A stretch of DNA of 64,000 nt from Octopus vulgaris (Eukaryota). The notes below the pieces were generated by a model that worked only from the letters and a program-made list of their open reading frames with translations, did no database searches and was not told the origin of the DNA. The stretch spans positions 166,098,001 to 166,162,000 of the forward strand of contig OX597815.1 of assembly GCA_951406725.2 (NCBI GenBank). The letters run 5' to 3'. Position numbers and translations under genes: made by a program. Below, piece after piece: positions 11,850 through 27,750 of the stretch; the first letter of the stretch is position 1, and every line of letters begins with the position of its first letter.

Positions 11850-13288
11850 TGTACGGACGAAATGCCTGAATGGCTCACAGAAGGGAGAACTATGCTAATT
11901 CTCAAATCCACTGAAACGGCAAACCCACAAAATTACAGACCTATATCTTGTCTCCCTACAATTTACAAAGCCTTTACTGCAATAATATCGCAGAGAATGG
12001 GCAAACATCTGGAAGAAAACCTGTTTCCAGAAGGGCAGAAGTTATGATGCAGGGGTTTATACGGCTGTAAAGATCAGCTACTGATCAATAAAGCCATAAC
12101 TGAAGACAGCCGCCGAAAGAAGAAGGGTGTAAGTATGGCTTGGATCAATTACCGAAAGGCATTTGATAGTATTCCCCACACATAGATCCCAGAAACGCTA
12201 GTCATGAAAAAGGTAGCACCAATAGTCATGAATAAGTGGCAGACAGTCCTACAGATCCAGACAAAAGTGGAACTCATGAAAACCAAAGTCATCCCCATTA
12301 GAAGAGGAATATTCCAGGGAGACACGCTCTCTCCACTCCTTTTCTGCTTGACACTGACACCTTTAACTGACATGTTAAACAGAACTAGATGTGGATACAC
12401 GTGTTACGGCTAAACAATCAACCATCTCTTGTGTATGGATGATCTAAAACTGTATGCTACAAATGATAAATACCTGAAAACATTACAACAGACAGTACAT
12501 GGATTTACCAAAGAAATTAACACGTGCGAAAGTAACCTTGAAAGTAACATGTGCCAAAGTAACCTTGAAAAGAGGAAATTTAGTTAAGTGTAACAATATC
12601 ACATTAGATAAAGCAAATAAAATAAGGGAATTAGATGAAAGACAGAAATACAAATACTTAGGAACCAATGAACTAGATACGATACACACAAATGAAAGAG
12701 AAGATAAGAAAGAATTACTATAGACGAGTTAGATAAAATAATGAAAACGGAGCTCAATGCGAAAAACAAGATAATGTGTATCAACACTCTAGCCGTCCCA
12801 GTTATAAGTTACTTCTTATTCTTAACTGGAGTCTAAATGAACTAATCAAAATAGACAAGAAAACAAGAAAAATAATGACAGGATTTAGGAAGCACCACCC
12901 AAACTCTATCTAGATAGGCTATATATACAACATGTCGAAGGTGGCATTATACAGCTAGAAAACTATTATAAAATAACCACCATAGGATTACTGAAATACC
13001 TACTTCAGAAGCAAGGAAAACTGATACAAATAGCTACAAAACACGAACAAAACAAAAAACTGTTTTCTGTCTTTAAGAGAGCTGACAATTACAAAAAAGA
13101 GGGCATAATACCTAACAACCACAACGAAAAAGGAGAAACAGCAAAAGCTGTAAAACAACTGAAATCCAAACTGAAACTGGAACCGCAACGTATCGTAATA
13201 AAACGATGGCAAGAAAACCCCTAATTGGCAAACATTGGGTTAAGGTAAACAGAAAAGAAATAGACAAAGCAAAATCCCAACAATGGGA
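11850..13288 (+). mobile_element. R4/Dong-like LINE reverse-transcriptase pseudogene
   Basis: PEWLTEGRT..NYRPISCLPTIYK, GCKDQLLIN, AWINYRKAFDSIPH, RRGIFQGDTLSPLLFCL, INHLLCMDDLKLYA and YKYLG, with several stops and frameshifts. Confidence 0.92.
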
Positions 13289-13555
13289 TTCGAACCATTT
13301 AGTTTTGACTTCATTAGCTTCCTCACCCTTCTGATACACTCCTTCTCAATTTTCTCAAGATTCTAATACTCCTAGATACTTATAACTCTTTCTTTCTTTC
13401 GATGATTTTAACGTCTGGTCATCTGGTAATTGGATGTCTTCGCTGTTGTCTATCTGTCCCCATTCTCATGACTAATATCGCACACTTATCTATGCCAGAT
13501 TCCATGCCTATATCTTTGCTGAAGAGTCTTGCAGTCTTTATTAAGGACTCTCTCT
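13289..13555 (-). mobile_element. Second R4/Dong-like RT fragment in opposite orientation
   Basis: ESLIKTARLFSKDIGMESGIDKCAILVMRMG and SYKYLGVLE on the minus strand. Confidence 0.85.
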
Positions 13556-13556
13556 C

Positions 13557-13845
13557 CCTTCCGAGGCACAAGTCTGGGCAAGGTTGTTTATGGAAGACCA
13601 GCAGTCGCCCATGCATACAAGCCTCCTCTCTCCACGCGACTGGTGTTGTCCAAAGGAAGGACAAGGGCCGATGCAGCTTGGTACGAGTGACGTCGCAACG
13701 AATTTCTACAAGTGAGTGAACTGGAGCAACATGAAATAAAGAAAAGTGTCTTGTTCAAGAACACAACACACAGCCCGGTCCGGGAATCGAACTCGCTACT
13801 TCATGATTGTGAGCCCCACGCTCTAACCACTGAGTTATGCGCTCT
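13557..13845 (-). mobile_element. SINE family D
   Basis: Minus-strand tRNA-like head (ctcagtggttagagcg, gagttcgattcccgga) and ttgtgttcttgaacaagacac core. Homologous to 18975-19310. Confidence 0.88.
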
Positions 13846-13889
13846 CGCATACATACATGCATACATGCATACATACATAAAACAAAACA

Positions 13890-14030
13890 TACAAATCTGC
13901 ACATTTACATACATATATACAAGCAAAAATACCCTGTTGTTGATGCTGAAATTCCAATGAAGGAGCCTTGGGTCTAAGTTAAAAGCCCGCTTCTCTATTG
14001 GCAAGAAAGCTTGAAATAAAACTGAACAAT
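13890..14030 (+). mobile_element. 3'UTR of the REL retrotransposon seen at 9621-10080, again between (CATA)n tracts
   Basis: aagcaaaaataccc..gttgatg.tgaaattcca.tgaaggagccttgg...cttgaaataaa is shared with 9970-10080. Confidence 0.8.
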
Positions 14031-14486
14031 GATATAAATACATACATACATAATACATACATACATACATACATACATACATACATACATACATACATAC
14101 ATACATACATACATACATACATACATACGTAATACATGGAAACCCTGTTGATTTTCTATACAAAGTATTTAAAAATGCGAAATTTATATGTTTATATGTT
14201 TTGTAATTTAAATTTTGTTTGTGAAATGGAACAATTGTTGGTGAATACGTTGATTAATTAATAAATTAATTTGTATCCATTAGATCTCGCTGTTTTCTAC
14301 CTCGATAATAATGTTTGATATTTTATGATATTTTATATAATATATTCATTGAAGAAGTATCTCTTCAAAATTTAATTTATTAAACCAGTGTATCTTGGAA
14401 AAATTTCCCTATAAGATGTTTAAATACCCTCCTTGTGACTATATACATATATATATTATACACAAACGCACACAAACACACGCACG

Positions 14487-14567
<81 letters not shown>

Positions 14568-14640
14568 ACAGAGCGCTTGTATTTTTCCGTCCCAGACAGC
14601 ACTAATATAATATAATATATAATATAAATGTATGTATATA

Positions 14641-14695
<55 letters not shown>

Positions 14696-14770
14696 TATAT
14701 GTATATATATATATGTATATGTATGTATATATACGTATATATATGTATATATACGTATATATATATGTAT

Positions 14771-14801
<31 letters not shown>

Positions 14802-14819
14802 AATATATATATATACATA

Positions 14820-14876
<57 letters not shown>

Positions 14877-15052
14877 CGTTTATATATTTGTTGTGCAAGA
14901 TTTTTTATGTGAAGTCGTGTGTTGAAACAGATATTGTTATATTCCGGAATGGTCATTTTGCCAGTTTAGCCAATAAAATCACACGTACTATATATTTGGT
15001 GTTACTTTTCTTCAGTGTTTTTTATTTTTTACATTAATCTTAATCTTATTTC

Positions 15053-15097
15053 GGCCAGAGTTCTTTCGTCACACTCCTGTGACCGCATCAGTGGTCC
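15053..15097 (-). ncRNA. Hammerhead-like motif, atypical core
   Basis: Minus strand ggacca-CTGATGCG-gtcac(aggagt)gtgac-GAAA-gaac-TC-tggcc. Stem II is perfect, but the core deviates from CUGANGA. Confidence 0.4.
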
Positions 15098-15382
15098 TTT
15101 GTTTTCTTCTTTCTTATTTGTGTCTCTCCTTACTAACCGTCAGCCATTTTGTATTTCTATTGTATGTCTTCATTTGCACATGCTTATATCTCTATGTGCC
15201 TCTATGTTTATTTAATGTGTGTGTGTGTGTGGGGGGGTGCCTGTAATATTTCTATCTTCTGTTTTTATACGTTCATGTAATTTGTTTTTGCTGCTGTTGT
15301 TTTTGTTTATTCTTATTTTGTTCATGTGTTTGCATCCCTTTATTATTATCATTACATATGCTTGTATGTATGTATATATATG

Positions 15383-15445
<63 letters not shown>

Positions 15446-15448
15446 ATA

Positions 15449-15862
15449 CTCTCTTTTACTCTTTTACGTGTTTCAGTCATTTGACTATGGCCATGCTGGA
15501 GTACCGCCTTTAGTCGAGCAAATCGACCCCAGGACTTATTCTTTGTAAGCCTAGTACTTATTCTATCGTTCTCTTTGCCGAACCGCTATATTACGGGGAC
15601 GTAAACACACCAGCATCGGTTGTCAAGCGATGTTGTTGTGTGGACAAACACAGACACAGAAACATATACACACACAGATACATGTATACATATATACGGC
15701 GGGCTTCTTTTCAGTTTCCGTCAACCAAATCCCCTCACAAGTCTTTGGTCGGCCCGAGGCTTATAGCAGAAGACACTTACCCAAGGTGCTACGCAGTGGG
15801 ACTGAACCCGGAACCATGATGTTTGTAAGCAAGCTACTTACCACACAGCCACTCCTGCGCCT
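15449..15862 (-). mobile_element. SINE family B, full length
   Basis: Head ggcgcaggagtggctgtgtggtaag..ccgggttcagtccc, an internal TG/TA tract, and tail agcatggcc..tgactgaaac. Confidence 0.92.
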
Positions 15863-15871
15863 ATTTCTATG

Positions 15872-15929
<58 letters not shown>

Positions 15930-15933
<4 letters not shown>

Positions 15934-16981
15934 TTAGATAAAACTTAGATATGTTTCGACCAAAGATTGGTCCAGGCCATGTCTAACTTAATAGCACCAC
16001 CTGATAGGATTATTCGAATCCTGTTTAAGTCAAGTATTTTGTTCAAGTAGTGAGTTCTTGTTGGGTGAGTTGTATCCAATTATGGGTGGCTTATCTGGTA
16101 TTCTTTGAAGGAATCTATCCAGACTCTGTTTAAAGTTGATGGGATCCTTTTCCTCTTTGATCTCCCTCGGGACAATGTTAAATAGGGCAGGGCCTGTTGA
16201 GGAAAAGAAATTATGTTGCAGTGTACATGTATGTTATGATCTTGAATTGGGCAGGGAACGTATAGCCCGTGGTCCAAGTCTTGGATGAACCTTGAAGCTA
16301 ATGTTTAGATCGTTTGGGCAAAGTTGGCGGTATATTTTCCACATCGTACAAATGATGTACCGCTGACGGCGACGCTGGAGGGAGTAAAGTTTCAAGGCTT
16401 TAAGGCGATCCCAATAATCGAGAGCAGCCATGCCTTCAATTTGTTTAGTGTGAGCCCTCTGGGGTGACTCAATTCTGGAGATGTTTTGTCTTGTGTGAGG
16501 AGACCACAGTGGGCAGCAGTATTCAAGGTGTGGCCGTACAAAGAGGAAAAAAGTGGTATGATGACACCTTGTTCTCTGGACCGGAAAGTTCTTAAGATCC
16601 AGGAACTCATCCTACGAGCTATATCGACCTTCTTGTTGATGTATGCACTCCCACTGAGATCGTCATCAACAATTACACCCAGGTCTCTGATATTGTTAGA
16701 GGCTGTGAGCGGTTCCCCTGAAGGAAGAGAGTATGGTTGTTTTAGTGAGGAATTTCTTCCAAAATGCATCAGCTCAAATTTCCCCTCATTCAGTTGCATT
16801 TTGTTTCTGTCTGCCCATTGACTCACAGCATATAGATCAGACTGGAGTTGAGTTCGGTCTGCTTCTTCATTGACGATTTGCTGGAGCTTAGTGTCATCAG
16901 CGAATATTTTCACTTTGCAGTAATGTACGACACTGGAAAGGTCGTTTACGTAAATTATGAAGAGTAGCGGACCCAAAACAG
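15930..16981 (-). mobile_element. 5'-truncated CR1-clade LINE with intact 3' terminus
   Basis: VLGPLLFIIYVND, KIFADDTKL, IRDLGVIVD and LDYWDRLKALKLYSLQRRR. 3' stem-loop gaccaatctttggtc-gaaac and a tandem (atctaagtttt)x2 tail. (TA)n on both sides. Confidence 0.93.
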
Positions 16982-16983
16982 TA

Positions 16984-17091
<108 letters not shown>

Positions 17092-17560
17092 CAAACATAC
17101 ATACATACATATGTGTGTGCGCATATGTATGTGTGAGTATATATAATGAGGAATTATCCTGTCACTTGACAAACCTTATATTGGAAAGAATCATGTTATC
17201 TGCCAAAATATCAAGCTGTCATCCAGCAGTAACATCTCGTACTAACATCACTTATCACACGATCACCTACCGACCATCCACCCGTCACCCCACCACGAAA
17301 CCGTCTGTTAGCATAACTAAAACCCATATATGGTCGTCAGATATTTCTGGAATTGCCGTATGATTTGGTTGGAATGCCGCAGAGTTGTCATCTTGTTTAT
17401 GGCTTTATTAATTATCATTTTCCCGCCGGAGTCAACCTCGCAATTTCATCCTTCCGACGTCTATATACAACATTTCGGTCAAATACCGGGGTCGATATTA
17501 TTGATTATTCTCTCTATTCCTAAAAAAAATAATAAATTCAGGCTTAGTGCATATGTTAGA

Positions 17561-18560
<1,000 letters not shown>

Positions 18561-18584
18561 TAATAATAATAATAATAATAATAA

Positions 18585-18772
18585 TGGTTTCAAATTTTCC
18601 GACAAGGGAAGTAGTTTTGGGGGTAGAGGATGAGTCTATTACATCGACACAACTGTTTAACTGGTACTTATTTTATCGACTCTGAAATGATGAAAGGTAA
18701 AGTCGACCTCGGTATAAATTGAACTCAGAACGGAAAGACTTCCAAATGCCACTAAACATTTTGCCCAACATG
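18585..18772 (-). mobile_element. SINE family C, degenerate
   Basis: ctggtacttattttatcgac..gatgaaaggtaaagtcgacctcgg core. Confidence 0.8.
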
Positions 18773-18921
18773 CTGTTGCTACTGCTGCTGTTAATGATGA
18801 TTGTGGTGGTAGTGGTTATAATAATAATATGTTTCTCTTGATATGAGATTACCAAGTCGCGCTCATATGGCTGTGGCGCTTCTACCTGGTGTACCCTTAT
18901 CAGACGGATACTATTGATGGG

Positions 18922-18973
<52 letters not shown>

Positions 18974-18974
18974 A

Positions 18975-19310
18975 TCAGGTCGGGACGGTCACGACACTGA
19001 CCATGGGATTGCACCTAGAAAGTTACCCTCCTAGTCACAAGTCTGGGTAAGGTGGTTTATGGAAGACCAGCAGTCGCCCATGCATACCGGCCTCCTCTCC
19101 ACGCCACCAGTGTTATCCAAGGGAAAGGCAGCAGCCGATACAGCCTGGCACCCGTGACGTTGCAACTCATTTCTACAGCTGAGTTAACTGGAGCAACGTG
19201 AAATAAAGTGTCTTGCTCAAGAACACAACACGCAACCCGGTCCGGGATTCGAGCTCACAACCTCATGATCGTAAACTCGACGCTCTAACCACTGAGCCAT
19301 GCGCCTTCAC
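18975..19310 (-). mobile_element. SINE family D, full length
   Basis: Minus-strand head gaaggcgcatggctcagtggttagagcg..gagctcgaatcccgg. Confidence 0.9.
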
Positions 19311-19311
19311 T

Positions 19312-19368
<57 letters not shown>

Positions 19369-19651
19369 GTATATATATATATTATATATATATGTATATA
19401 TATATATATAAATATACATATATACACATATATATACATATATACATATATATACATATATATACATACATATATATTCATATATGCATATACACACACA
19501 TATATATACATATACATATATGTATATATATATGTATATATATATGTATATATATGTATACATATATATGTATATATATATACATATATATATGCACATA
19601 TATACATACATATATACATATTCATACATACATATATACATATATACAAAG

Positions 19652-19757
<106 letters not shown>

Positions 19758-19779
19758 ATGTATGTATATATATACATAG

Positions 19780-19982
19780 TGAAGCTATTAAAAGTGAAAG
19801 AATAAAAGTGAAACTATTCGAGTTTTCAGACGTAATACAGAACCAGTATTAATGTTGCGCTGTTTTGATCCTCAAAAATCAGATGTTGAAACTCCTGTAA
19901 AATTTGATTTGATTTGGTCGAACCGTTTGAGAATGCATTGGGAACAGACAGAGATACAAAGGATTTATATATATATATAGAT
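19780..19982 (-). mobile_element. Helitron-like 5' fragment
   Basis: The minus strand begins A|TCtatatatatataaatcc..tctgtctgttccc, similar in style to the 5' ends at 26724 and 53129. Confidence 0.45.
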
Positions 19983-19991
19983 TAGGGCTTT

Positions 19992-20278
19992 GTATCGACC
20001 AGACTATCGGCTATTGTCATACACTGCTGTTCACAATGCGCTTCCTTGCATTCTCATCGCTTTCGATTAATGCTACCCTACAAACTAGGAGGACAGGCCA
20101 ACATCCCCTGAAAGGAGAGCCATTACGTCATAGGGATACCTTTTACAGCCGAGAGGACTGGAGCAACCCGAAATGTAGTGTTTTGCTCAAGAACACAATG
20201 TACTGCCAATCTAGCGATCGAAACCACGATTTCAATATCGTGAGTACAACACACTAACCACTAGGCCAAACGCCTCTA
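19992..20278 (-). mobile_element. Old SINE with a family D-like head and an alternative tail
   Basis: Head gaggcgtttggcctagtggttagtgtg..gtggtttcgatc. The tail resembles 21725-21790. Confidence 0.7.
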
Positions 20279-20744
20279 CCATCACCCACACACACGCACA
20301 CACACACTCACACTCACACACACTCACACACACATACACACACATACACATATACACATGCACACATAATGACCATTATTTATGCCTAGTCTTTTATGCC
20401 TATATGTAGGTGTGTGCGTGTTTGTATATGTATGTGGGTATTGTTATGTCTATATAAATGTATATAAAATTACACTCAAATGCACACAAACATATCTTTC
20501 CCTTCCTCCCTCCCTCCATCCTTGCTCCAACCATCCATCCATCCATCCATCCATCCATCCATCCTCACATACATACATCCATACATATATACAATAACAA
20601 ATAAATAGATACTTTAAGTGGTAACAGGAATAACTGACACAATGTTATATAAATAAAAAAAATATATTAAAAAAAAAATCATTCAAAAAAAATGTGAAGC
20701 GAAAGCGAAATAAGATCCTCGGAAGACCTAAAATTCCAGAACAA

Positions 20745-21110
20745 ACAACATCCGGTTGCGTCACGTGACTTGCTTATTAGATTGAGCTGTTGATTCAAAC
20801 GGAAGTGACCCGTTCGGTACGTCCTATAGATGAACGCCTAACGGCGGATACTCTTATTAGAAGATTCCCAATGAGTGATCCTCTAGCTTAATAATAATAA
20901 GGGAGTCAACATATAACCAGGATAATTTGCAGATCAGATTTCCTGCTCAATTTGGACGTTCTGTCACGTGCATTAAACTTTGCCACTTCCTGTCGTAGTC
21001 ATGTGTTTAATTGTTGGATTGGATTCCAGCTGGAGAGTCACTAACCAAAATATATTCATCTGATCACACCGAAGACAAAGCTTTCATTTTTTTTTCAAGG
21101 AATTAGTAAG
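20745..21110. promoter_or_regulatory. Candidate promoter/enhancer: clustered E-box (MiT/TFE/USF) and ETS motifs
   Basis: GTCACGTGAC 20760, ACATCCGG 20748, CGGAAGTG 20800, GTCACGTG 20963, CACTTCCTG 20984 and GTCATGTG 20998, all in non-repetitive sequence. Donor-like gtaagt at 21106. Confidence 0.45.
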
Positions 21111-21417
21111 TGTTTAACAGCACTGTTTTCTTCTGTAGGTATGTATGTGTGTGTGTATGTATATATATTGCTGGATGACGTCTACATACGAGTGTATTTG
21201 TGTGATTGTGTGTGTGTGCATGTATCTATGCATGCATATGTATGTGTGTGTAGTGTGTGCGTGTATGTGTGTTTGTATATATATATGTGTGTACAGATAG
21301 ATATAGATATATATATGTACATATATCTAAACATATGTACATACATCCCATCGATGCAACTTTAAAACGGTGGTGCCCCAACATGATCGCAGCTTTAAAA
21401 CTGAAACAATTTAAAGA

Positions 21418-21850
<433 letters not shown>

Positions 21851-21904
21851 CTGCATGTATATAGTATATATATATACGACGGGCTTCATTCAGTTTTCTG
21901 TTTA

Positions 21905-22110
21905 GGGATCTTCCGCGCATTCATTCGAATAAGCTTTCCAGTCCAGCATTATCAGTGATTGTACACCATCCTAAGAAGTCTGAGTCTGGTGTCTACAAGG
22001 ACCAACCAACATTTAGAATGCGTTTCAAACATCTCTGATGGAAGTGTTCAAGGACCTTTACATGATGCCTGTAGAAAATCCATGTCTCACATAAATAAAT
22101 GAGCTTGGTA
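21905..22110 (-). mobile_element. Degenerate RTE-clade LINE fragment
   Basis: KVLEHFHQRCLKRILNVGW resembles the RTE motif LERFHQRCLRxILxIxW. Confidence 0.6.
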
Positions 22111-22683
22111 ATGAATATAGTCTCTGTATTGAAGGTATTCGTTTTATGCATAAAGTTGATTATACACAACATGGATTCACTTGAGGTCTAAGGTTTGGAA
22201 TTTGTTGGATGATATTATCACTCGCGAGCGTGATATCTAAACATTTGTAGTCTCAAGTTCTTTCATGGAACTGAGTGTTGGACAGACTATTGCTTGGTGC
22301 AAGCAAACTTCTGGTTGGTAATTAGAGTGAAAGAGAGAAGAGGGCCAGCTGGGATTCCTCAGTGCTAGGAGGTCAATAAGGTAAACAATCTCACTGAAAT
22401 GAAAGAGCTTCAGAACAGTTTATCCAGCATCAAAGATATTACAGCTAGAAAGGAGTTTCGAGACCAGGCTTTTCAATGCGCTACTGAAACACTGCTGGGG
22501 TCGATTTTACCTTTTATCCTTTTCGGGTCGATAAAATAGATACCAGTTGAGTACTAGGGTCGATGTAACTGACTCCCCTCTCCCCTCACAATTACTGGTT
22601 TTTGTGCCAAATTTTGAAAGGATTAATTACTTTCCAAAATGAAATCACGCCTTCATACTGCTGGGGTATGTTATAGCGAAAGC

Positions 22684-22761
<78 letters not shown>

Positions 22762-22768
22762 CTCTCTT

Positions 22769-22841
<73 letters not shown>

Positions 22842-23046
22842 GGAGGAGCTAGCAACAACAGTACCACTTATTACGCTCCCCAAAGAGAACGATGATGACA
22901 CTATGAACTTTTTACCTTACCTTACCTTTACTCCCTCCCCTCACTTAGCAGTCATTCAAATAGCTCTTTTGTCTTAATAACGGTCAATCACACAGTAATT
23001 TCCCTTTGTATAACACTCATATTTCATTGCATTTTTCCGATGGCCG

Positions 23047-23107
23047 GATAACAGAAGAGATGGCGGTATGGATTTCCACCTCGGCATCCGAAACTCGGAG
23101 TTTTATC
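23047..23107 (+). ncRNA. Degenerate minimal hammerhead-like motif in a Penelope-like tail
   Basis: gataa-CAGAAGA-gatg...catc(c)-GAAA-ctc(g)gag-TT-ttatc. Stems pair, with core U4A. Confidence 0.45.
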
Positions 23108-23324
23108 ATAGCTACCGAATTACAGATAAATTCCTTTATTTACATAATATCGAGGTCTCTTTCTTTCTTTTGTTGTCTTACCATTTTTATCAGTCGAAAT
23201 TGCGAGGATGATCCGGTTCTTGACTGAAGATTGAAGGCTTCGAATGTCCCGTCCGTGTTTTTTGTATCGTCTTCTAAATGTTTTGCGTTCTTGTCCCAGT
23301 TTGTATTTTTTTACATATACATAC

Positions 23325-23373
<49 letters not shown>

Positions 23374-23395
23374 CATACATACATATATATATACA

Positions 23396-24115
<720 letters not shown>

Positions 24116-24702
24116 TATATGTATTTTACTTTACATTGTCTTTCTTCACACTTATCATTTTGTTTATTCATTTATTTATTTATGTCGGTGTTGATGTTGC
24201 TGAAGTGTACGGATGTGTACGAGATAGCGCCATGATAAGTTGACTTTTTCATGAATATATTCAATGAAGGTAAAAGTTCATTCTTTTTATAAACAAGGTA
24301 TTTCCGACCGCTTAGACATCTACTCATTATTTGTTAAGTCTTACTACTTCCAAAAAAATTCATTTGTTCTTTTATACATGTATATTACTTTTTCTTTCAT
24401 TGTTATTTTCTAATGATTTAATATGGTTTCAACCGGATGCAACGGGAAGAGGGGAAAGAAAACGATGATAACAATATAAAACAATGCTTATCTAAATGGA
24501 TTAATCTTTTAACGAATGCACTGACAATATGTGAATGAATTATACTTTCTGTGATATATTTCTAAAGAATGAAAACTCCATTACAAATATCAAAATATCT
24601 CTTATTTAAAAAGATATAAGTGATGGATTGTTGAAAATACCCGATGCTTTTCCGAATTCAAATTTTGCATAACACCAGCTTACCTCTTTTGTATAACACC
24701 AT

Positions 24703-25066
24703 ACCAACCACATGGTTCCGGGTTCAGTCCCACTGCGTGGCACCTTGGCCAAGTGTCTTCTACAATAGCCTCGGGCCGACCAAAGCCTTGTGAGTGGATT
24801 TGGTAGACAGAAACTGAAAGAAGCCCGTTGTATATATGTATATGTATATATGTGTGTGTGTCTGTTTGTGTATCGTGTTTGTCACCCCAACATCGCTTGA
24901 CAACTGATGCTGGTGTGTTTACGTTCCCGTAACTTAGCGGTTCGGCAAAAGACACTGATAGAATAAGTACTAGGCTTACAAAGAATAAGTCCTGGGGTCG
25001 ATTTGCTCGACTAAAGGCGGTGCTCCAGCATGGCCGCAGTCAAATGACTGAAACAAGTAAAAGAGT
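24703..25066 (+). mobile_element. SINE family B
   Basis: Closely matches 50900-51324. Confidence 0.92.
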
Positions 25067-25361
25067 ACAGGTATAATGCATGCCATTTCGATGCGATCAT
25101 TTATACCTCTTCCTTTTGCAAATTAAATTTCTCTCTGGGAAAAGTAATTATTTTTCTGTATTGAAATAAATATTTGCTCCAGACATAAACTTTTATTCCA
25201 CTATAATAACACACCGAGTTGTAATTATATCATATCACAAAGTCTCTTACTTTTTCAATCAATGTGCTGCTCTGGAGAAGGTGTAAAAAGTTTGATTTGA
25301 ACTCGAAGAAATATTTAAGTATATTCGGAAAGAAGGCAAAATGGCTTTAGATATTGACTTC

Positions 25362-25567
25362 AAATTATGGCACAAGGCTAACAATATGAGGGGCGGCTGG
25401 TTGTAAGCCAATTACATTGATTCCAGAGCTCAACTGGGACTTATTTAATCGACCACTAAAGGATGAAAGGAAAAGTCGACCTTGACAAAGTTTAAGCTGA
25501 GAACGGAAAGACGGACGAAATCCCGCTAAGCATTTTTGCAGACAATTCAGCCAGCTTGCCGCCTTAA
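25362..25567 (-). mobile_element. SINE family C, degenerate
   Basis: Core ggatgaaagg.aaagtcgacct and head cttgccgcctt. Confidence 0.78.
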
Positions 25568-26723
25568 AGTGACTTCGCATATTAGAACGAAAATGTATTA
25601 ATCGCCAGAAAATTGGAAACGAGAATATAATTCAATACAAAACATATTTTTTGAAATTCAGTTAACAGACATGTGTATTCTGGTGGCACATTTATTTGAT
25701 ATTTTTTGTTATTAGGGCCAAAAAAGATATAGCGATAAAGACGAAAACATTTTGCCGAGACTGACTGATTATCTAAGTGACGTCCTGTTCGCCCTATAAT
25801 TTACTCTATATTCGTCATTGTGCAGTTCTCACGTACCTACTTTTGAAGTACCCTTCCAGATGAACGCATCATTGATCAAAGTATCCAGAATCGGATCAAG
25901 CATGTCCTTTGACAAATGAGGAATATATGTTTGTTTATCCCCACTTCAGCATGACTGTTCCGCAGGAACCGACGTTACTACCATTTTAACCCCAGGAGGA
26001 CGCCTACATCCGCTGGTTATTCGATGCAATCTACCTACACCCAATATATATTGCAAGCAGGGGTGTGAACCCCTACCATCTTCCAGCGACAGGACCACTA
26101 GACTGTGCGGTTTTGAGCTCTTTGTGCTTATCTTCGGTTGTGAATAAACATAACTTCTCAGTATAGTTACTAATTTCATCTGATTTAGAGATTTTCTGAT
26201 TAGAAAATTTGCTTGTTGAATATATTTTCATTTGTTGCAATTCCTAACAATTTGCCATTCTCCAACCAACCGTCAAACTTGGCAGATTCATAATCGCCAC
26301 CTTAAGCAAGTTGGCTCTTATAGTACAACATACTTTCAGCGTATTAAGAAAGCCTCCTAACAAGTCCATGTGTTCCCTTCGGAGGTCTTACCCATCCTCC
26401 ACCGATACAAGTAATATGCCTTCGAAACGCGGAGTAGATGAAAGAAGGACAACTGATGAAGGGGAATATTCTTTATGTTGCATGTCTCGTTTCTCTGTTT
26501 TCTTCGTTGTCCGAAAAAAGTTCGTTTTCAATGATTTTGTTTTTATGTTTTCGTTTTACATTGTGTTCAACGTTTTTTTTTATATCCTGTACCCATATAT
26601 GCATGCATATAAACATGTAGATATGTACATATACGTATGTATATATGCATATATTTATATATTATATATATTATTATATGATCGAACGCCACGCATCCTT
26701 TTCCAAGTAAGTTTTATCTTTTA

Positions 26724-27750
26724 TCTCTTATATAAAATCCGTTCTGTGTGTGTGTGTGTGTGTGTGTGTCTTCTAGGATCTCGGGCATCCTCCATCCGAT
26801 TGCGCTCAAATTTGATACGTATATACCGACGGTATCAGGGCGTGTATAAGTCTTGAAAAATTTACAAAAATCGATTCCAGGTGAGAATGCGATCGATAAA
26901 GCCGTAGGAAATCGTTTTTCTTTGGTTGCACAATCGACTATATGGCGCTGATAGGAGTTGCCTCCCTTTGATGCAAACGGGTTGACTGACCTAACTTCCA
27001 TCGGTAACTACGTGTCTGGGTCCAATGAATTTTGTCAGACAGTTTACCCCAATCTATCTTCTAATTTCGGTGACCCTCAATGGTTGTGTGATAGAGCCAT
27101 TTTAGCGCCAGCCAATGCCAACGTCAATACGCTTAACACTCGCCTCCTTCATCAACTGCCGACCCAGGAACGAATCTACACATCCGTCGATTCAATTACT
27201 GGCCCAGAGCAAGTCATGGTGTACCCGACCGAATTTCTTAGCGCACAAGAACCATCGGGTTTGCCACCCCATAAACTCTGCCTCAAGGTTGGAGTCCCAT
27301 TATTCTCCTCCGAAACTTGCCCCCCGCCCCCACTTTGCAATGGCACTCGGTTGTTTCTCACCCAACTTTTGGATGAAGTTTTCGAGGCAAAAGTTATGAC
27401 GGGTCAAGGAGCAGGAGATGTTTTTATTTCCCGCATGCCATTGATTCCGTCGGACTGTGTTTACCCGATGAAACGCCTTCAATTCCCTATTCGCCTGAGC
27501 TTCACGATGACCATCAACAAAGTACAGTGGCAGTCATTGAAAGTCGTGGGGTTGGACCTCAGCACTCCTTGCTTTTCGCACAGACAACTGTATGTGGGCT
27601 GCTTGAGGGTTAGCTGTTCGACAAACCTTTACTACTACGCTCCAGACGGAGTAACAAGGAATGTGGTTTACAAGGCTGTGCTCCACTAGCTTTTCCATGC
27701 CCTTGAACATCCCGTAAAGTAAGTTAGCTTAAAATTAGTTACTTAGTTCC
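26724..27750 (+). mobile_element. Internally deleted Helitron
   Basis: A|TCtcttatataaaa start with a (TG)n near the 5' end, followed by a PIF1 helicase remnant. The 3' end is not clearly resolved. Confidence 0.75.
26958..27689 (+). pseudogene. Helitron PIF1-family helicase C-terminal fragment
   Basis: RAILAP, GLPPHKL, LCNGTRL, RLQFPIRLSFTMTINKVQWQSL and FSHRQLYV. The conserved KSQGQ and HGQLYV motifs are mutated, and the Walker A region is absent. Confidence 0.92.

Noticed and set aside
15945-15990. Hammerhead at the CR1 3' end (stem-loop + GAAA)
   Set aside because: There is no CUGANGA core. It is better explained as the CR1 3' recognition stem-loop.
26958-27689. Cellular PIF1 gene
   Set aside because: It is a C-terminal fragment with mutated motifs behind a Helitron-type 5' end.
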